DNA from: Macrostomum lignano
Taxonomy: Eukaryota
Reading direction: 5' to 3'
DNA: 51,082 bases
NCBI GenBank assembly: GCA_002269645.1
Contig: NIVC01004307.1
Coordinates: forward strand, 1-51,082
In this document: in pieces, positions 24,290-51,082 of the stretch
Position numbering within the stretch: the stretch's first letter is position 1
Layout of the letters: each line of letters opens with the position of its first letter
Program-made: the position numbers and the translations under genes
The notes under the pieces: model-generated
The model's database searches: none
What the model was told of the DNA's origin: nothing
The model's input: only the letters and a program-made list of their open reading frames with translations

Positions 24290-25320
24290 CCTGAGCGGGA
24301 AATATTACGGTTCGAGAATTGCACTATTGACCTGCTATTGACCTACATATTTAAAGTTTGAAAATACTCTTTGGACTTGCAGCCTCAGTAGTCGCAATGG
24401 CTGCTACTTGTAGTAGTTTATTTATAAAGTGACACTGGCACAAGGTTTTTGCATTTCCAATAAAGCATTTATGCGCTAATTAGTCAAGACTCAAGCTGAT
24501 GCAACAGTCAGTTCTTAACCTGCTTCCTGTTTAGCACGAGACGCGCCTGCCAGTCTTCCATCTTCAGCCTTCATCCTGTCAGCTCTATTAAAGCAGAACC
24601 AGCAGGCTCGCTCGTCTGACTCACCAAAAGCTTACAAGCCAGGCAGATTTCATGCGGCAAAAATTTACTCAACAAAGAATAGAAATTTTTAGAAAATGAG
24701 ACGGAGCAATTCGGCTGCGCACTTTTAATCAGCAGCTGTTGGTTCTGCGATTGCATCGCAGATAATTAATCACAGTTAAACAATAGAATTAGCGGTTAAA
24801 TAGTGAAGGAGAGGGAAGTTTGCTTTGCATACATGTTCCAAAACTTGTCAATGTGTGAGCAACCTTACAGTCATGGCGCCGCATGTTAAAAAAGTACTTA
24901 CAAGTCTATTACAAACGAAACCAAATTTTCTAAACGGCGCTTACAGACCCAGCACAGTGTACTTTGAGTAGCATGTGAAAGAAAAGCGAGGAGAAAACGC
25001 GCAGGGTGCGGTAGAGCAGCGAATTTCATTTCATCTATCGAATGCGAAGTGAACATCAAAAGCAGAGAAAGCAGTATTACTTGTAGTAATAGATAGAGAC
25101 GGGTCTGAACACATCGAGGGAGTTGAGAACAAACAGCCAGCGATAGCGGCGTCACGGATGAGTTGTGAAAAAACTGCTAAGGCGCAGAAGGCAAGCGACA
25201 AAATACTGACTTGAGGTGGCGCGGGACGTTTCTGCAGACCAGACGCAGTTCTGAAGGCTTTCTGAGCCGAGGCAGTGCGAGGGAGGAGGGAGCAGTGCAG
25301 AAGGGCCAAGGCGGCGCCCC

Positions 25321-51082
<25,762 letters not shown>

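Noticed and set aside
22524-24653. Candidate first exons for copy D (MKSAWLVSF at 24625-24653; GC-rich 22528-22620)
   Set aside because: Phases can be made to fit, but there is no YNxxxRP or beta1 homology and the signal peptide is unconvincing.

Overview
Eukaryotic, intron-rich metazoan genomic DNA. The GC-rich exons, intronic satellites and protein families suggest a lophotrochozoan, possibly a free-living flatworm such as Macrostomum (inference only). From left to right: (1) a decayed, 5'-truncated non-LTR retrotransposon (APE+RT, (ACA)17 tail, ~440-2651, +). (2) A head-to-tail array of four divergent nicotinic-type Cys-loop cation channel genes on the minus strand (A 3892-6297, B 9168-11584, C 13176-19502, D 20915->22321), interleaved with MITEs, a Tc1 fragment and an inverted repeat pair. 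(3) The 3' ~85% of a Cav2-type voltage-gated calcium channel alpha-1 gene on the minus strand (25321->51082), whose introns are full of satellites. Two things stand out. First, the Cav2 gene has three pairs of duplicated, apparently mutually exclusive exons (IIS3-S4, domain II pore loop/IIS6, IVS1-S2). In the pore-loop pair both exons end in U12-type donors, so the intron between them is a U12-donor/U2-acceptor hybrid that could enforce exclusivity. Second, the Cys-loop array has lost the acetylcholine aromatic box and is diversifying its ligand-binding exons while sharing almost identical pore exons, as expected of an orphan, possibly chemosensory, receptor expansion. Exon boundaries were read by eye and checked for phase. 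Several 1-nt indels may be assembly errors.
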